A stretch of DNA of 64,000 bases, from assembly GCA_964597355.1 (NCBI GenBank), contig CAZQWS010000001.1:24279-88278 (forward strand). The letters run 5' to 3'. Positions 17,725-26,215 of this stretch are shown here, piece by piece. The DNA is from an uncultured Bdellovibrionales bacterium (lineage in GTDB: Bacteria > Patescibacteriota > Minisyncoccia > Moranbacterales > UBA1568). Below the pieces are notes generated by a model. That model was not told the DNA's origin. It made no database searches and was given only the letters and a program-made list of their open reading frames with translations. A program made the position numbers and the translations under genes. The stretch's first letter is position 1. Each line of letters begins with the position of its first letter.

Positions 17725-18678
17725 TTATGCCATGTCTTTACGTGCCAGCATAAGCACCATGCCGTCGTAACCAAATTGTGTAGCATCACTACCGTCCAAA
17801 ACTTTGGTAGTGACGCAAGTAAACCCTCTTTTCCTGAGTTCTTCTTGAAGAAATATTTCATCCACCGGATACGCTGGTACCTGACCATCACCAGAGCGAT
17901 ACCACTGGGCATGTCGTATGGCCATCATTGAAAAAAATCCGCCTGGTTTTACTTTTGCTGTCAGGCTATCGAGTCCTCGTTGCCATTCTTTGGCATGGTC
18001 AGTAGCTGATTCTAGCAAAAAATGCGACGTAACCACCCCGCATTGCTTTGCCCCAAAAGAAGCGATGGTATCAGCAAGGGCGGTACTCTCCTTGCTTTCA
18101 AGGGTAGGTGAAAAAACATCTGCCGATACCAACCCTCCCTTCATTTTCTCCTTCACCTTCTCCTGCCAAGCTTCTACCGATTGAATCCCGTTCTTTATAA
18201 GTTCATCTTTCAAAGGGGCGAAAGCTGGATTATCACCGTATTCTTTCAATAAAACTCGAAAATACCCCTGCCAATCGTAAGCCTCTTTTCGGCCTTCAAG
18301 AAATAACTGGATTTCTGTCCGATTTTCTTCACGAGGTTCGGCGTGAATGATTTTCCTCGCTACCAATGAAAAAGGAAGGTGCTGGTAAATCGTGGGCCCA
18401 CCGCCCATGTCGAGCACTACGACTTCACCAGTGGGATACACTGAACGTATTCCACAGGCAACAAGAGAAAGATGATAGAGGAGAGCGGCATTTTCTACGA
18501 CTTCAGAGGGAAGTTGGTACTCCGTAGCAAGCCGAGAGACATCGATGACCCCTTGGCCAGACTGGAAAGCTTCTCGTAAAGCTACCAAAGCAGCCCCAAA
18601 GGCCTGTTCATCGAAGTCACTCGGATAATACGTCTCGAGATAATGCCGTCCCAACTGGGCGAGAGGACTGGATTCCAT
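17725..18678 (-). CDS. NNMT/PNMT/TEMT-family SAM-dependent methyltransferase
   Basis: YLETYY, LDMGGGPTIYQ, AYDWQGYF, HFLLESA, VKPGG, WYRSG motifs typical of the family. Confidence 0.75.
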   Translation of the reverse strand: MESSPLAQLGRHYLETYYPSDFDEQAFGAALVALREAFQSGQGVIDVSRLATEYQLPSEVVENAALLYHLSLVACGIRSVYPTGEVVVLDMGGGPTIYQHLPFSLVARKIIHAEPREENRTEIQLFLEGRKEAYDWQGYFRVLLKEYGDNPAFAPLKDELIKNGIQSVEAWQEKVKEKMKGGLVSADVFSPTLESKESTALADTIASFGAKQCGVVTSHFLLESATDHAKEWQRGLDSLTAKVKPGGFFSMMAIRHAQWYRSGDGQVPAYPVDEIFLQEELRKRGFTCVTTKVLDGSDATQFGYDGMVLMLARKDMA

Positions 18679-18695
18679 AGAAGGGCTTACAGTAT

Positions 18696-18890
18696 TTACT
18701 CTTCAGTTTCCACTGGAGCAGCTGCTTCCTCTCCAGACTCTGTTTCCTCTGAAGGGCTCTCAATCTGACTAAGATCAATAAAGAAATTCTTAGCTACCAA
18801 AAAACGATGAGCGGCAAACAAGATAGACCCCGCCAAAAGAAAAGCAAAGACCCAAAAAAGTATTTTTGAATTGCGGTCAATGGTTACCAT
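18696..18890 (-). CDS. Small single-TM protein with acidic tail
   Basis: MVTIDRNSKILFWVFAFLLAGSILF...; overlaps the upstream gene's stop. Confidence 0.6.
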   Translation of the reverse strand: MVTIDRNSKILFWVFAFLLAGSILFAAHRFLVAKNFFIDLSQIESPSEETESGEEAAAPVETEE

Positions 18891-19476
18891 ACGTTTTAAA
18901 AGGTAAAAACTTTTTAAGCAAAAAAAGAACCACAAAACCGTTCACAAGTACCATATAGATAGGATACACCACAATTGAGAATTCCCATTTTTCAATAGCG
19001 ACCACATTCAAGAGATTGGAAAAGACTGTGACCGACCACGCCAAGAGATCTTCGCTCCATGGATCAACAAAACTCTTCACCAATGTTGGCACTATGCCGA
19101 GAAAGTCTATCCCGATATTAATAAGCAACGTAAAGAATGGACTGTCAGTTGCTATCCATAAAATAACACTCACCCCACAACCAACAAGGCAAAAGATATC
19201 GAGTCGGCTCATGCCACCCTCCCCATATTTGAAAGCCAAGAGTGCCGCAATGAGTGGCCCAATAGTATAAGCGACCGGAATCCAGAGCGTGTTTCTCGCT
19301 CCCGAGGCATAGTAACTGGACAAAATTAAAATCCCTACGATAGTAAGGATTATCCACGTCGCTCGATTGGGGCGAGATCGGCCTTGAACAATGGAAATAT
19401 AGTAGAGAATGAAAGCAACAAATGAAAGAAGTCCTGCGAGTTTACCAATGAGTTCAATCGTTTGGCTTTCAAACAT
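18877..19476 (-). CDS. Integral membrane protein (PQ-loop/SemiSWEET-like)
   Basis: About 7 TM; GRSRPNRATW and PTLVKS...PWSEDLLAW repeated halves. Confidence 0.65.
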   Translation of the reverse strand: MFESQTIELIGKLAGLLSFVAFILYYISIVQGRSRPNRATWIILTIVGILILSSYYASGARNTLWIPVAYTIGPLIAALLAFKYGEGGMSRLDIFCLVGCGVSVILWIATDSPFFTLLINIGIDFLGIVPTLVKSFVDPWSEDLLAWSVTVFSNLLNVVAIEKWEFSIVVYPIYMVLVNGFVVLFLLKKFLPFKTYGNH

Positions 19477-19488
19477 ATCGTCTGGTTA

Positions 19489-19884
19489 TCATTCACTGGC
19501 CAGGTTTTGTTCCGGATACTTCTTGCCGCGTTCGATAAAGTTCACTTCGGTATCCGTGAGATCAAACTGCTTTACGAAATAATTGATCACGTGATCTACT
19601 GATAAACCGTTTTTACACGTATACACATCTATACTGACAAATCCCCGTCCAGGGAAAGTATGGATACTAATATGACTCTCGGCAATGACGACAAAGCCGC
19701 TCCAGCCACCCGGGTCTTTCTTGCCATTCCCCTCTGCGAAGTACACTTCTGGACCGGCCAAAATATGCATGTCGAGCATGTCAGGAAGTTCTTGAAGACA
19801 GCGTAGTACCAACTCTTTGTTGTTGAGTTTCTCAGCATTGCCACCGTAGCCATCGAGCGTCAAATGTTCACCAAAGTGTTTCAT
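19489..19884 (-). CDS. speD: S-adenosylmethionine decarboxylase proenzyme
   Basis: GEHLTLDGY...GWSGFVVIAE/SHISIHTFP...SIDVYTCK, with the ESH autocleavage site. Confidence 0.9.
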   Translation of the reverse strand: MKHFGEHLTLDGYGGNAEKLNNKELVLRCLQELPDMLDMHILAGPEVYFAEGNGKKDPGGWSGFVVIAESHISIHTFPGRGFVSIDVYTCKNGLSVDHVINYFVKQFDLTDTEVNFIERGKKYPEQNLASE

Positions 19885-19988
19885 AAAACAAATCTGCTTT
19901 TGTATAGAGTTAAAAGAGAACTTCTGTTCCCTTGAAATAATTATAACACGTTTCTTAGCCATCTTAGAACGAAACTACTATCCTAAAG

Positions 19989-21059
19989 CTATTTATTCAG
20001 CTTTAAGGTAGCCACAACTTGATCTACAAGACTATCTCCATCACCCCAACGAAGCACTGACGTGCTTTTTCCATTATTTAAAGTCACTGCCCATACTCTT
20101 TCATTTTTATCTCCATAATGCGTGAGAAAGACTATTTCCCTACCCTGATTTCCATTAAAACTTATCAATTTATCTGACAAGATATCTTCTTTTGGATAAT
20201 CTAAGAGCATTTTTTTATGAACTTCTTCCAAATCTCCCTCTCGTACTTCAATTTTTAATCCTGTACAACAACCCTCAAAGTAACTCTCCGGACTTATGAG
20301 AAGCGTCGGGACGCCTCCTATCTTCTGAAAGTTTTTTGGCGCCTCCCAATCTGCTGGATACTTAAGCTCAAACCCATATTCATCGTTTCGATAAACTTTC
20401 CAATCAGCTATATCTGGTGATGAAAGTCTAAACGAGTTTATTACCCTCCTTAAATTCTCTTCAATAGAAGGATCTCCACTCTCTCCGTAGATATATTCAA
20501 ACTGGATAATATATTCCCCTAGCTTCAAAATAGAAATTTTGTGATTAGCTCCAAAGTTCTCACTAGGATTTTGATCCCAGTAGGGTTCAAACTCAATATA
20601 ATCGTTCCCATGAATCTTAGATTCTTTATACTGTTGTTTTACTTCATCAACAAAAAGCAGTCTAGATGCATCATCGTACCGTAAATACCTATCTTTAATT
20701 GAAAGATTCTTCGGATTATCGGAAACCCACACGCTTATTTCACCAACTGAATAGATAGGCTCATTTTCTTTTGATGGTGCATATCCTAAAAGCACGGGCT
20801 TAAAGTCTTTTGTCTTGAAGTAGAAGACTGACATTAAGAGAGACGCATTATCTAATTCCCACTCTGAAGGCAATTGATACTCGAATCCGTATTCCTCATT
20901 CTTGTATGCCTTCCATGTATTCATGCTAGCTAACGGCTCTGGGTTATCCTCACCGGTTTGAGGTAGATTTGTTGTTAGAGTCCTTTCTTTCCATACAAAA
21001 AAAGTTCCTCCAATAAATAAGGAGATGGCTACAGCCGAAATAATAATCTTGTTTCTCAT
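19989..21059 (-). CDS. Membrane-anchored protein with two PsbP-like domains (cassette 1)
   Basis: N-terminal TM; WKAYKNEEYGFEYQLPSEW and WKVYRNDEYGFELKYPADW repeats. Confidence 0.7.
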   Translation of the reverse strand: MRNKIIISAVAISLFIGGTFFVWKERTLTTNLPQTGEDNPEPLASMNTWKAYKNEEYGFEYQLPSEWELDNASLLMSVFYFKTKDFKPVLLGYAPSKENEPIYSVGEISVWVSDNPKNLSIKDRYLRYDDASRLLFVDEVKQQYKESKIHGNDYIEFEPYWDQNPSENFGANHKISILKLGEYIIQFEYIYGESGDPSIEENLRRVINSFRLSSPDIADWKVYRNDEYGFELKYPADWEAPKNFQKIGGVPTLLISPESYFEGCCTGLKIEVREGDLEEVHKKMLLDYPKEDILSDKLISFNGNQGREIVFLTHYGDKNERVWAVTLNNGKSTSVLRWGDGDSLVDQVVATLKLNK

Positions 21060-21089
21060 GTTCTTAGAGTACCAGATTTCCCAAAAAAT

Positions 21090-21117
21090 GGCTGAGCTTA
21101 TGGGACAAAGTTAGGAC
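21090..21117. repeat. 28-bp inter-cassette site, putative tyrosine-recombinase site
   Basis: ggctgagctta tgggac aaagttaggac. Confidence 0.7.
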
Positions 21118-21121
21118 GACT

Positions 21122-22006
21122 TCAAGTCCTTATGATGGCACCAATAAAAGAATTCCCATTATCCAAAATACTATAATTTAAACCGTGTAATTCTTTTTCA
21201 AATTCTTCCTTTGTTTTTCTATAAGATTGGAAAAGGCGAAGCTCATCCCCAATCTTCAAGCCCATCTCTTCAAGCGCTTTAGGAACTGCCAGTAGTTTAC
21301 AGGTAATAGCTATTTCCTCATTGGCTAGTCTTTGAGTAACATCATCCAATTCTAGACCAAGCAGACTAAGCTTCTGGTCACAAGCTGGAGCCACGTACTT
21401 TTGATAAACTTCTTTCAATTTAGAAATATCTACGCGTTCTCTTAGTTGCATATCTAACCAGATAAAACCATCTTTACCTGCGATCTTTTCAAGTAAGCTT
21501 AAAATCTTTGAAGACTCATAGTTAGCAAAAGTCTGTCCTACTAACGACACAAAACGAGGGATAGCGGCATCGCTTAAATTATCGGGTAATTCTTCAAAAG
21601 AAGATAGGATTGGATTTGCCTGGATATTCTGCTTCTCAGCATTATCTTTCGCTATATTTAAAAAGTATTCACTGATATCAACTGGCGTATATATAAACTT
21701 TTTATTTTGTTTTTGAAATTCACGAAAGAAATAGTTTTCTTTATGTTCAGTTCCGGGACCCAAATCTATATATTCAAACTCATAGGGAAGCATTTTAGAT
21801 ACTGCTTCAACTGTTGATTGTATATGTAAATGTTCGTCTTTGGTAACCAACTGAACGTAAGGAGACTCATCAATCTGAGCAGACTCGTAAGCTTGCTGCC
21901 CTTGTGGTGAATAAAGAAGAAGCGAGTCGGAATAATCCCACAAGTTTTCTTCTCGTTTTTTAAGCGATTCTAGAGCTCTCTTTTTGAACCATGTCAGATC
22001 GTACAT
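21122..22006 (-). CDS. EgtD-like (histidine-specific) SAM-dependent methyltransferase (cassette 2)
   Basis: YIDLGPGTEHK, YTPVDISEYFL, SLVGQTFANY, FQSYR motifs of the Methyltransf_33 family. Confidence 0.72.
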   Translation of the reverse strand: MYDLTWFKKRALESLKKREENLWDYSDSLLLYSPQGQQAYESAQIDESPYVQLVTKDEHLHIQSTVEAVSKMLPYEFEYIDLGPGTEHKENYFFREFQKQNKKFIYTPVDISEYFLNIAKDNAEKQNIQANPILSSFEELPDNLSDAAIPRFVSLVGQTFANYESSKILSLLEKIAGKDGFIWLDMQLRERVDISKLKEVYQKYVAPACDQKLSLLGLELDDVTQRLANEEIAITCKLLAVPKALEEMGLKIGDELRLFQSYRKTKEEFEKELHGLNYSILDNGNSFIGAIIRT

Positions 22007-22020
22007 AACCTGAGTATATC

Positions 22021-22048
22021 AGCTAGGCTTGCAGGACGAAGTGAAGTT
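22021..22048. repeat. 28-bp inter-cassette site, degenerate copy
   Basis: agctaggcttg caggac gaagtgaagtt. Confidence 0.55.
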
Positions 22049-22466
22049 ATTCTAGCCAGTCGGGCTTCTCTTTAAGCATAACTATCGCCGCATCAAATTC
22101 GTTGTAATTGTTGGTTAGTTCCTCATCAACTTCGATGTCTCTATTGGCTATAAAGTATGGTTCAGATGAAATACTTTTATCGACTACCACCGATAAGTTA
22201 TGGTGTTTTTGATCATGATTGGTATAAAGCGCGGGATCATTTTCTGGAGGAAAAATATACTTACCTGACGATGCTGAAAGATAAGCAACCTTCTCCAAGT
22301 ACTTTTTTTCTTCATTACTAAGCTTTGTATACTCTTCCACAGATATGGATTGATCATGCTCGGGAGCATACTTCCAAACAACTTCACCTTTCTTGATTTT
22401 CTGAAAAGTAAAAACGCCTTTCCCTTCAATGATTGATTCTTTTACGTAAACAGGAAATAGATACAT
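22047..22466 (-). CDS. SET-domain protein (cassette 3)
   Basis: VYVKESIIEGKGVF...IKKGEVV...YTNHD...IANRDIEVDEELTNNY. Start at ATG 22466. Confidence 0.85.
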   Translation of the reverse strand: MYLFPVYVKESIIEGKGVFTFQKIKKGEVVWKYAPEHDQSISVEEYTKLSNEEKKYLEKVAYLSASSGKYIFPPENDPALYTNHDQKHHNLSVVVDKSISSEPYFIANRDIEVDEELTNNYNEFDAAIVMLKEKPDWLE

Positions 22467-22475
22467 AGTTTTGAA

Positions 22476-22503
22476 TGCTGAACTTATGAGACAAAGCTGA
22501 GGC
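22476..22503. repeat. 28-bp inter-cassette site
   Basis: tgctgaactta tgagac aaagctgaggc. Confidence 0.7.
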
Positions 22504-22522
22504 TGGTTTAGTGAAAACTTTC

Positions 22523-23185
22523 TTACTTGAGCTTCAACGAGTGAATGATTGATTGACCTATAGGAAGATATTTCCATTCTTCACCCGCCCTATCAATTGG
22601 AAAACCATAAAAATCTATCCAAAGAACAGTCTCATTAGATAGAGATACTGCGTAAGTGTAATTGATTATGCCACCTAAATCCTTTTTACCAACGGTTTCT
22701 TTTCCTAAATATACTGGATGACCACTAATGTCTGCTTCAATGGCCTCTAATATTTCGCCTGGAGCAGCTCCGCCAACGAGATATCTATAGAGTTCTTGAG
22801 GTTTATACCCCTCAAAAACACCCATACTCATCCAGAACTTTTCTATTGGAAAGTTCTTTGATCCCAATGTTATCCCTCTTTCTCCTCCAGCATCTGAGTA
22901 TGACGAACTTGTACGAAGTTCTAAATCGCTTGGGTATTGAAATTGAAAGCCGTATTTTTTATCAGTATATGTCTCCCAGTTTTTAGTATCGATAATGCTA
23001 TCTTCTGGCAGAAAAAATTCCGCCTCGCTAATCTGTTTTTCAGTTGGAACCTCTGGAAAGGAGAAAATGGAAGAATCTATTTCACGATTAGTACGCTCAG
23101 TCTCTTGGATAGTAAATAGCAAAACAACCAGAATGATAGTAAGCAGAAGTGTGAAAGCAACAAAAGGATGGATTATTTGCCGCAT
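22523..23185 (-). CDS. Membrane-anchored PsbP-like protein (cassette 4)
   Basis: N-terminal TM; DTKNWETYTDKKYGFQFQYPSD; ends IIHSLKLK. Confidence 0.7.
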   Translation of the reverse strand: MRQIIHPFVAFTLLLTIILVVLLFTIQETERTNREIDSSIFSFPEVPTEKQISEAEFFLPEDSIIDTKNWETYTDKKYGFQFQYPSDLELRTSSSYSDAGGERGITLGSKNFPIEKFWMSMGVFEGYKPQELYRYLVGGAAPGEILEAIEADISGHPVYLGKETVGKKDLGGIINYTYAVSLSNETVLWIDFYGFPIDRAGEEWKYLPIGQSIIHSLKLK

Positions 23186-23196
23186 AGATTTTTTCG

Positions 23197-23224
23197 TACT
23201 GAACTTATGGGGCGAAATTAGAAT
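23197..23224. repeat. 28-bp inter-cassette site
   Basis: tactgaactta tggggc gaaattagaat. Confidence 0.7.
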
Positions 23225-23235
23225 GTGTTTATGCT

Positions 23236-24222
23236 CTAATCAGATTTATGTAAGCAGTGTTGGAATAACACCATCAATACATTCATAACGAGGAGAGCAT
23301 CTCTAGATTTAACCAACTCTGTATTTGGTTTGGCGGTACTTTTCTTGGCTCGTTCTGCTGGCAAAAACTTACTGATAACTTCAATCATTGGTTCAACAAA
23401 ACGATCAGAAGAAACGATGTTTTGGTCTTTTGCGATCCTAAATAGCTCTTTTAATTCTCCTTTGCCGTTTTTCCCCTCCTCACTGACTAGAATCTGAAAA
23501 AATCTCTGAACTGCTCTATGGGCTATTGTGATTGTTTCTTGGTAATCCTTATTTTTAAATTTTTCGAACATTATTTTTAAGTCGTCGCTTACGGATTTCC
23601 ACTTTGGGTCGGAAAGTATATTTAGTGTTGGAATATAGATATCCTCTAAAATCTTATCATCTTGTCGTGGAACAAATCCGCTCCTTGTTACCACTATATT
23701 GATAGAAAATTGTTCAAATATATGGTTTAAACAATTCGCTAATCTGTTAAATTTTTCAAAAGCTTTGTTTAGATTCTCGCCTCTTTTTTCGTCATTTTCA
23801 GCTTTTCTTGCCCAATCGTAATATGTCCAATCAATATACTCACTCGCTAACTTTGAAAGCATTCTGTAAACTAACGAACTTGATTTTTCATTAAGTAATA
23901 CGTCTTTAAAGTCCTCATAAGCCGCTTTCATCTGAATATACTCTTTTTGATTATAGCGATCGTAAGAATTTTCTGGCTCCACGTCGTGTAAACGCTTCCC
24001 CGGGAGCACTCTTAGAAAATGATGATTCATGTAACTTATAGTAGTTAACAATTCTTTCGAATACTCGTTGAGCCATCCATTGTTAACTAACTGCTTTATA
24101 GCGATTTCTTTTTCAGAAGATTTTAAATCAATCCAATCTCTTAGTTGGAGTTTTGGCTGAATCTCGGCTTCTGTCTTTGCGTCACCATCCCCAAATAAGC
24201 GGAATATTGGCAATTTTGGCAT
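23236..24222 (-). CDS. Hypothetical protein, possibly Abi_C/HEPN-like (cassette 5)
   Basis: 328 aa, AT-rich. The C-terminal helical region PTLNILSDPKWKSV...DYQETITIAHRAVQ resembles abortive-infection C-terminal domains. Confidence 0.55.
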   Translation of the reverse strand: MPKLPIFRLFGDGDAKTEAEIQPKLQLRDWIDLKSSEKEIAIKQLVNNGWLNEYSKELLTTISYMNHHFLRVLPGKRLHDVEPENSYDRYNQKEYIQMKAAYEDFKDVLLNEKSSSLVYRMLSKLASEYIDWTYYDWARKAENDEKRGENLNKAFEKFNRLANCLNHIFEQFSINIVVTRSGFVPRQDDKILEDIYIPTLNILSDPKWKSVSDDLKIMFEKFKNKDYQETITIAHRAVQRFFQILVSEEGKNGKGELKELFRIAKDQNIVSSDRFVEPMIEVISKFLPAERAKKSTAKPNTELVKSRDALLVMNVLMVLFQHCLHKSD

Positions 24223-24387
24223 AACAATCTTACAGTAAGGATCATCAACTGAAATATAGGCCTAATTCAGGTATTTATCAAACGAAAACTTATTTGATTT
24301 CCACCCTCTTTTTGCCTATACTAAAGCCATTATGGAGCGATTTGACCCCGCACCAGAACAGACTCGGTAAAGTGGTTTCACAAGGTA

Positions 24388-26214
24388 ATGGTAAATACTG
24401 TTCGAATGCGGGGTTTCGCTTCCAAAATACTTACGAAATATTTCCTGAAAATGCACTGGTACAGCTCAATTTTGTGGAAAAACATGACGCCCTGGGCCAA
24501 AGCCACCGGGGGTTTTCTTTTGTCGCTCACGTTCCTTCTCATCCTCACTCTCTTTGGGGGAATGTACACGCCACTCATTATTCTCGCCCTCATTCCTTTG
24601 GCCTTTGGCCTGGGGAGCGCTCTCGGGGTACTCATCCGTGAGAAAGATTGGGTCCGACTGGGGCTCCTCGCTACCATCATCCTCGCCGCGTGGATCAATC
24701 TCGCCGGTGAAACACCGAGTATCTTCACCGGCCGCGATCAGGGCTCGATCGCCGAAGCCGCCTGGCGCCTGGCCGAAAACCATGAACTCTATTGGTCAAC
24801 TGACGCCACCCAAGCTTTCTTTGAGATTTATGGGGTTGGTACCGCACTCAATTTCCCGGGCTTTGCCTATACCGAAGCTGGTTCTCTCATCACTCAATTC
24901 CCCCTCGCCTATACCGCTTGGCTCGCTGGCTTTGTCGGTTGGCTCGGACTCTCGGGATACGCTATCGCCAACACCCTACTTCTCCTCATCGCCGCTTGGA
25001 CCTTTTTTGAACTCACTCATCTCTTCACTCGTACCACCACCGCCTTGGTCGGGACGCTCCTCTTCTCACTCTCCTTTCTCCCCACGTGGATGCTCCACCT
25101 GACCTTGAGTGAACATCTCGCCCTCGCGCTTTTCCTTATCCTCGGCTATTCCCTCATTCTCCTTCGCCGTCATCCGACTGACAGGACTTGGCATAGCCTC
25201 ACCTTCCTCACCGCGAGCCTCTTCCTCTTTACCCGGATCGAAGGCTTTGTCTTCTTTGGCATTACCCTCCTTATCATTGGTTTGACCCGACCGCTCCGTA
25301 CCTTCCTCCTCGAGTCACCCCTCCGTCGCCTCATCCTCCCCTCTCTCATCCTCGGTTTTATTTTTCTCCGTGATTTCTTTATCAACTTGCCTTTCTACAA
25401 AATGATCGGGAAGGCGGTTATGAAGAATTGGCAAGAACTCACCGTGCTAGGAAACGGGGTCGCTTCAAGTACGACAGTGCCCTCAGAAACCATTTTCGCC
25501 ATCTTTGGCCAGTACGGGCTTATTGCTGTTTTTATCCTCGGTGGCGTGGGGATTGGGCTCGCTTTGTGGCGAGAGAAACGCGAGACCCTCATCATCCTTG
25601 CTCTCGCTCTGCCTACTTTCATTTACCTCGTCGATGCCCACATCACACCCGATCATCCTTGGATGCTCCGCCGTTACTACTTCACTTTGTGGCCGACCTT
25701 TGTCTTCTTTACCATCTACCTATGGCATTTCGTCGAAGCGCATTTCCCTCGTTTCCGTTCGCAAACGATTATTTTTGTCGTGGCATTTTTTCTCCTCGTC
25801 GTGCATTATCCGGCTGCTCGAGCTGCATGGCAAGCCGATGAGTACTCGAGCCTCTATGCTGTAACCACTGAGCTCGCCGAACGCTTTGGGAGCCGTGACC
25901 TCATCCTCATCGACCGGTTAGTTTCAGGCGACCCCTTCCGTCTTCTCGCTGGACCAATGAGCGCGCTCTTTGAGGAACAAGCCGTATACTTCTTCAATCC
26001 CGAAGACCTCGATCGATTAAACACTGAACCATTTGAACGCGTTTTCCTCCTCGTCCCTACCGAACACACTGAGTGGGCCAAAGTCACTTGGGGCGAACAA
26101 CTAACCGAACGTGAGGTGATCACTTTCCCCCGCTCGACCCTCACTGCCCATGACCAAGGCGCTCCTACCAATACCAAACAGGTATCCCAAGCTACTTTGT
26201 TTGAACTCAAATAA
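24388..26214 (+). CDS. Polytopic membrane protein, GT-C type glycosyltransferase-like
   Basis: More than 10 TM; GRDQGSI, TRIEG, DHPWMLRRY. Start codon uncertain. Confidence 0.65.
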   Translation: MVNTVRMRGFASKILTKYFLKMHWYSSILWKNMTPWAKATGGFLLSLTFLLILTLFGGMYTPLIILALIPLAFGLGSALGVLIREKDWVRLGLLATIILAAWINLAGETPSIFTGRDQGSIAEAAWRLAENHELYWSTDATQAFFEIYGVGTALNFPGFAYTEAGSLITQFPLAYTAWLAGFVGWLGLSGYAIANTLLLLIAAWTFFELTHLFTRTTTALVGTLLFSLSFLPTWMLHLTLSEHLALALFLILGYSLILLRRHPTDRTWHSLTFLTASLFLFTRIEGFVFFGITLLIIGLTRPLRTFLLESPLRRLILPSLILGFIFLRDFFINLPFYKMIGKAVMKNWQELTVLGNGVASSTTVPSETIFAIFGQYGLIAVFILGGVGIGLALWREKRETLIILALALPTFIYLVDAHITPDHPWMLRRYYFTLWPTFVFFTIYLWHFVEAHFPRFRSQTIIFVVAFFLLVVHYPAARAAWQADEYSSLYAVTTELAERFGSRDLILIDRLVSGDPFRLLAGPMSALFEEQAVYFFNPEDLDRLNTEPFERVFLLVPTEHTEWAKVTWGEQLTEREVITFPRSTLTAHDQGAPTNTKQVSQATLFELK

Positions 26215-26215
26215 T

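Noticed and set aside
19954-24294. CRISPR array or classical integron attC array
   Set aside because: The spacers are whole genes and the repeats are degenerate. The sites are only 28 bp without the long attC hairpin, although the 21105-21115 ACAAAGTTAGG resembles the attI1 end. No cas or intI gene is in the window.
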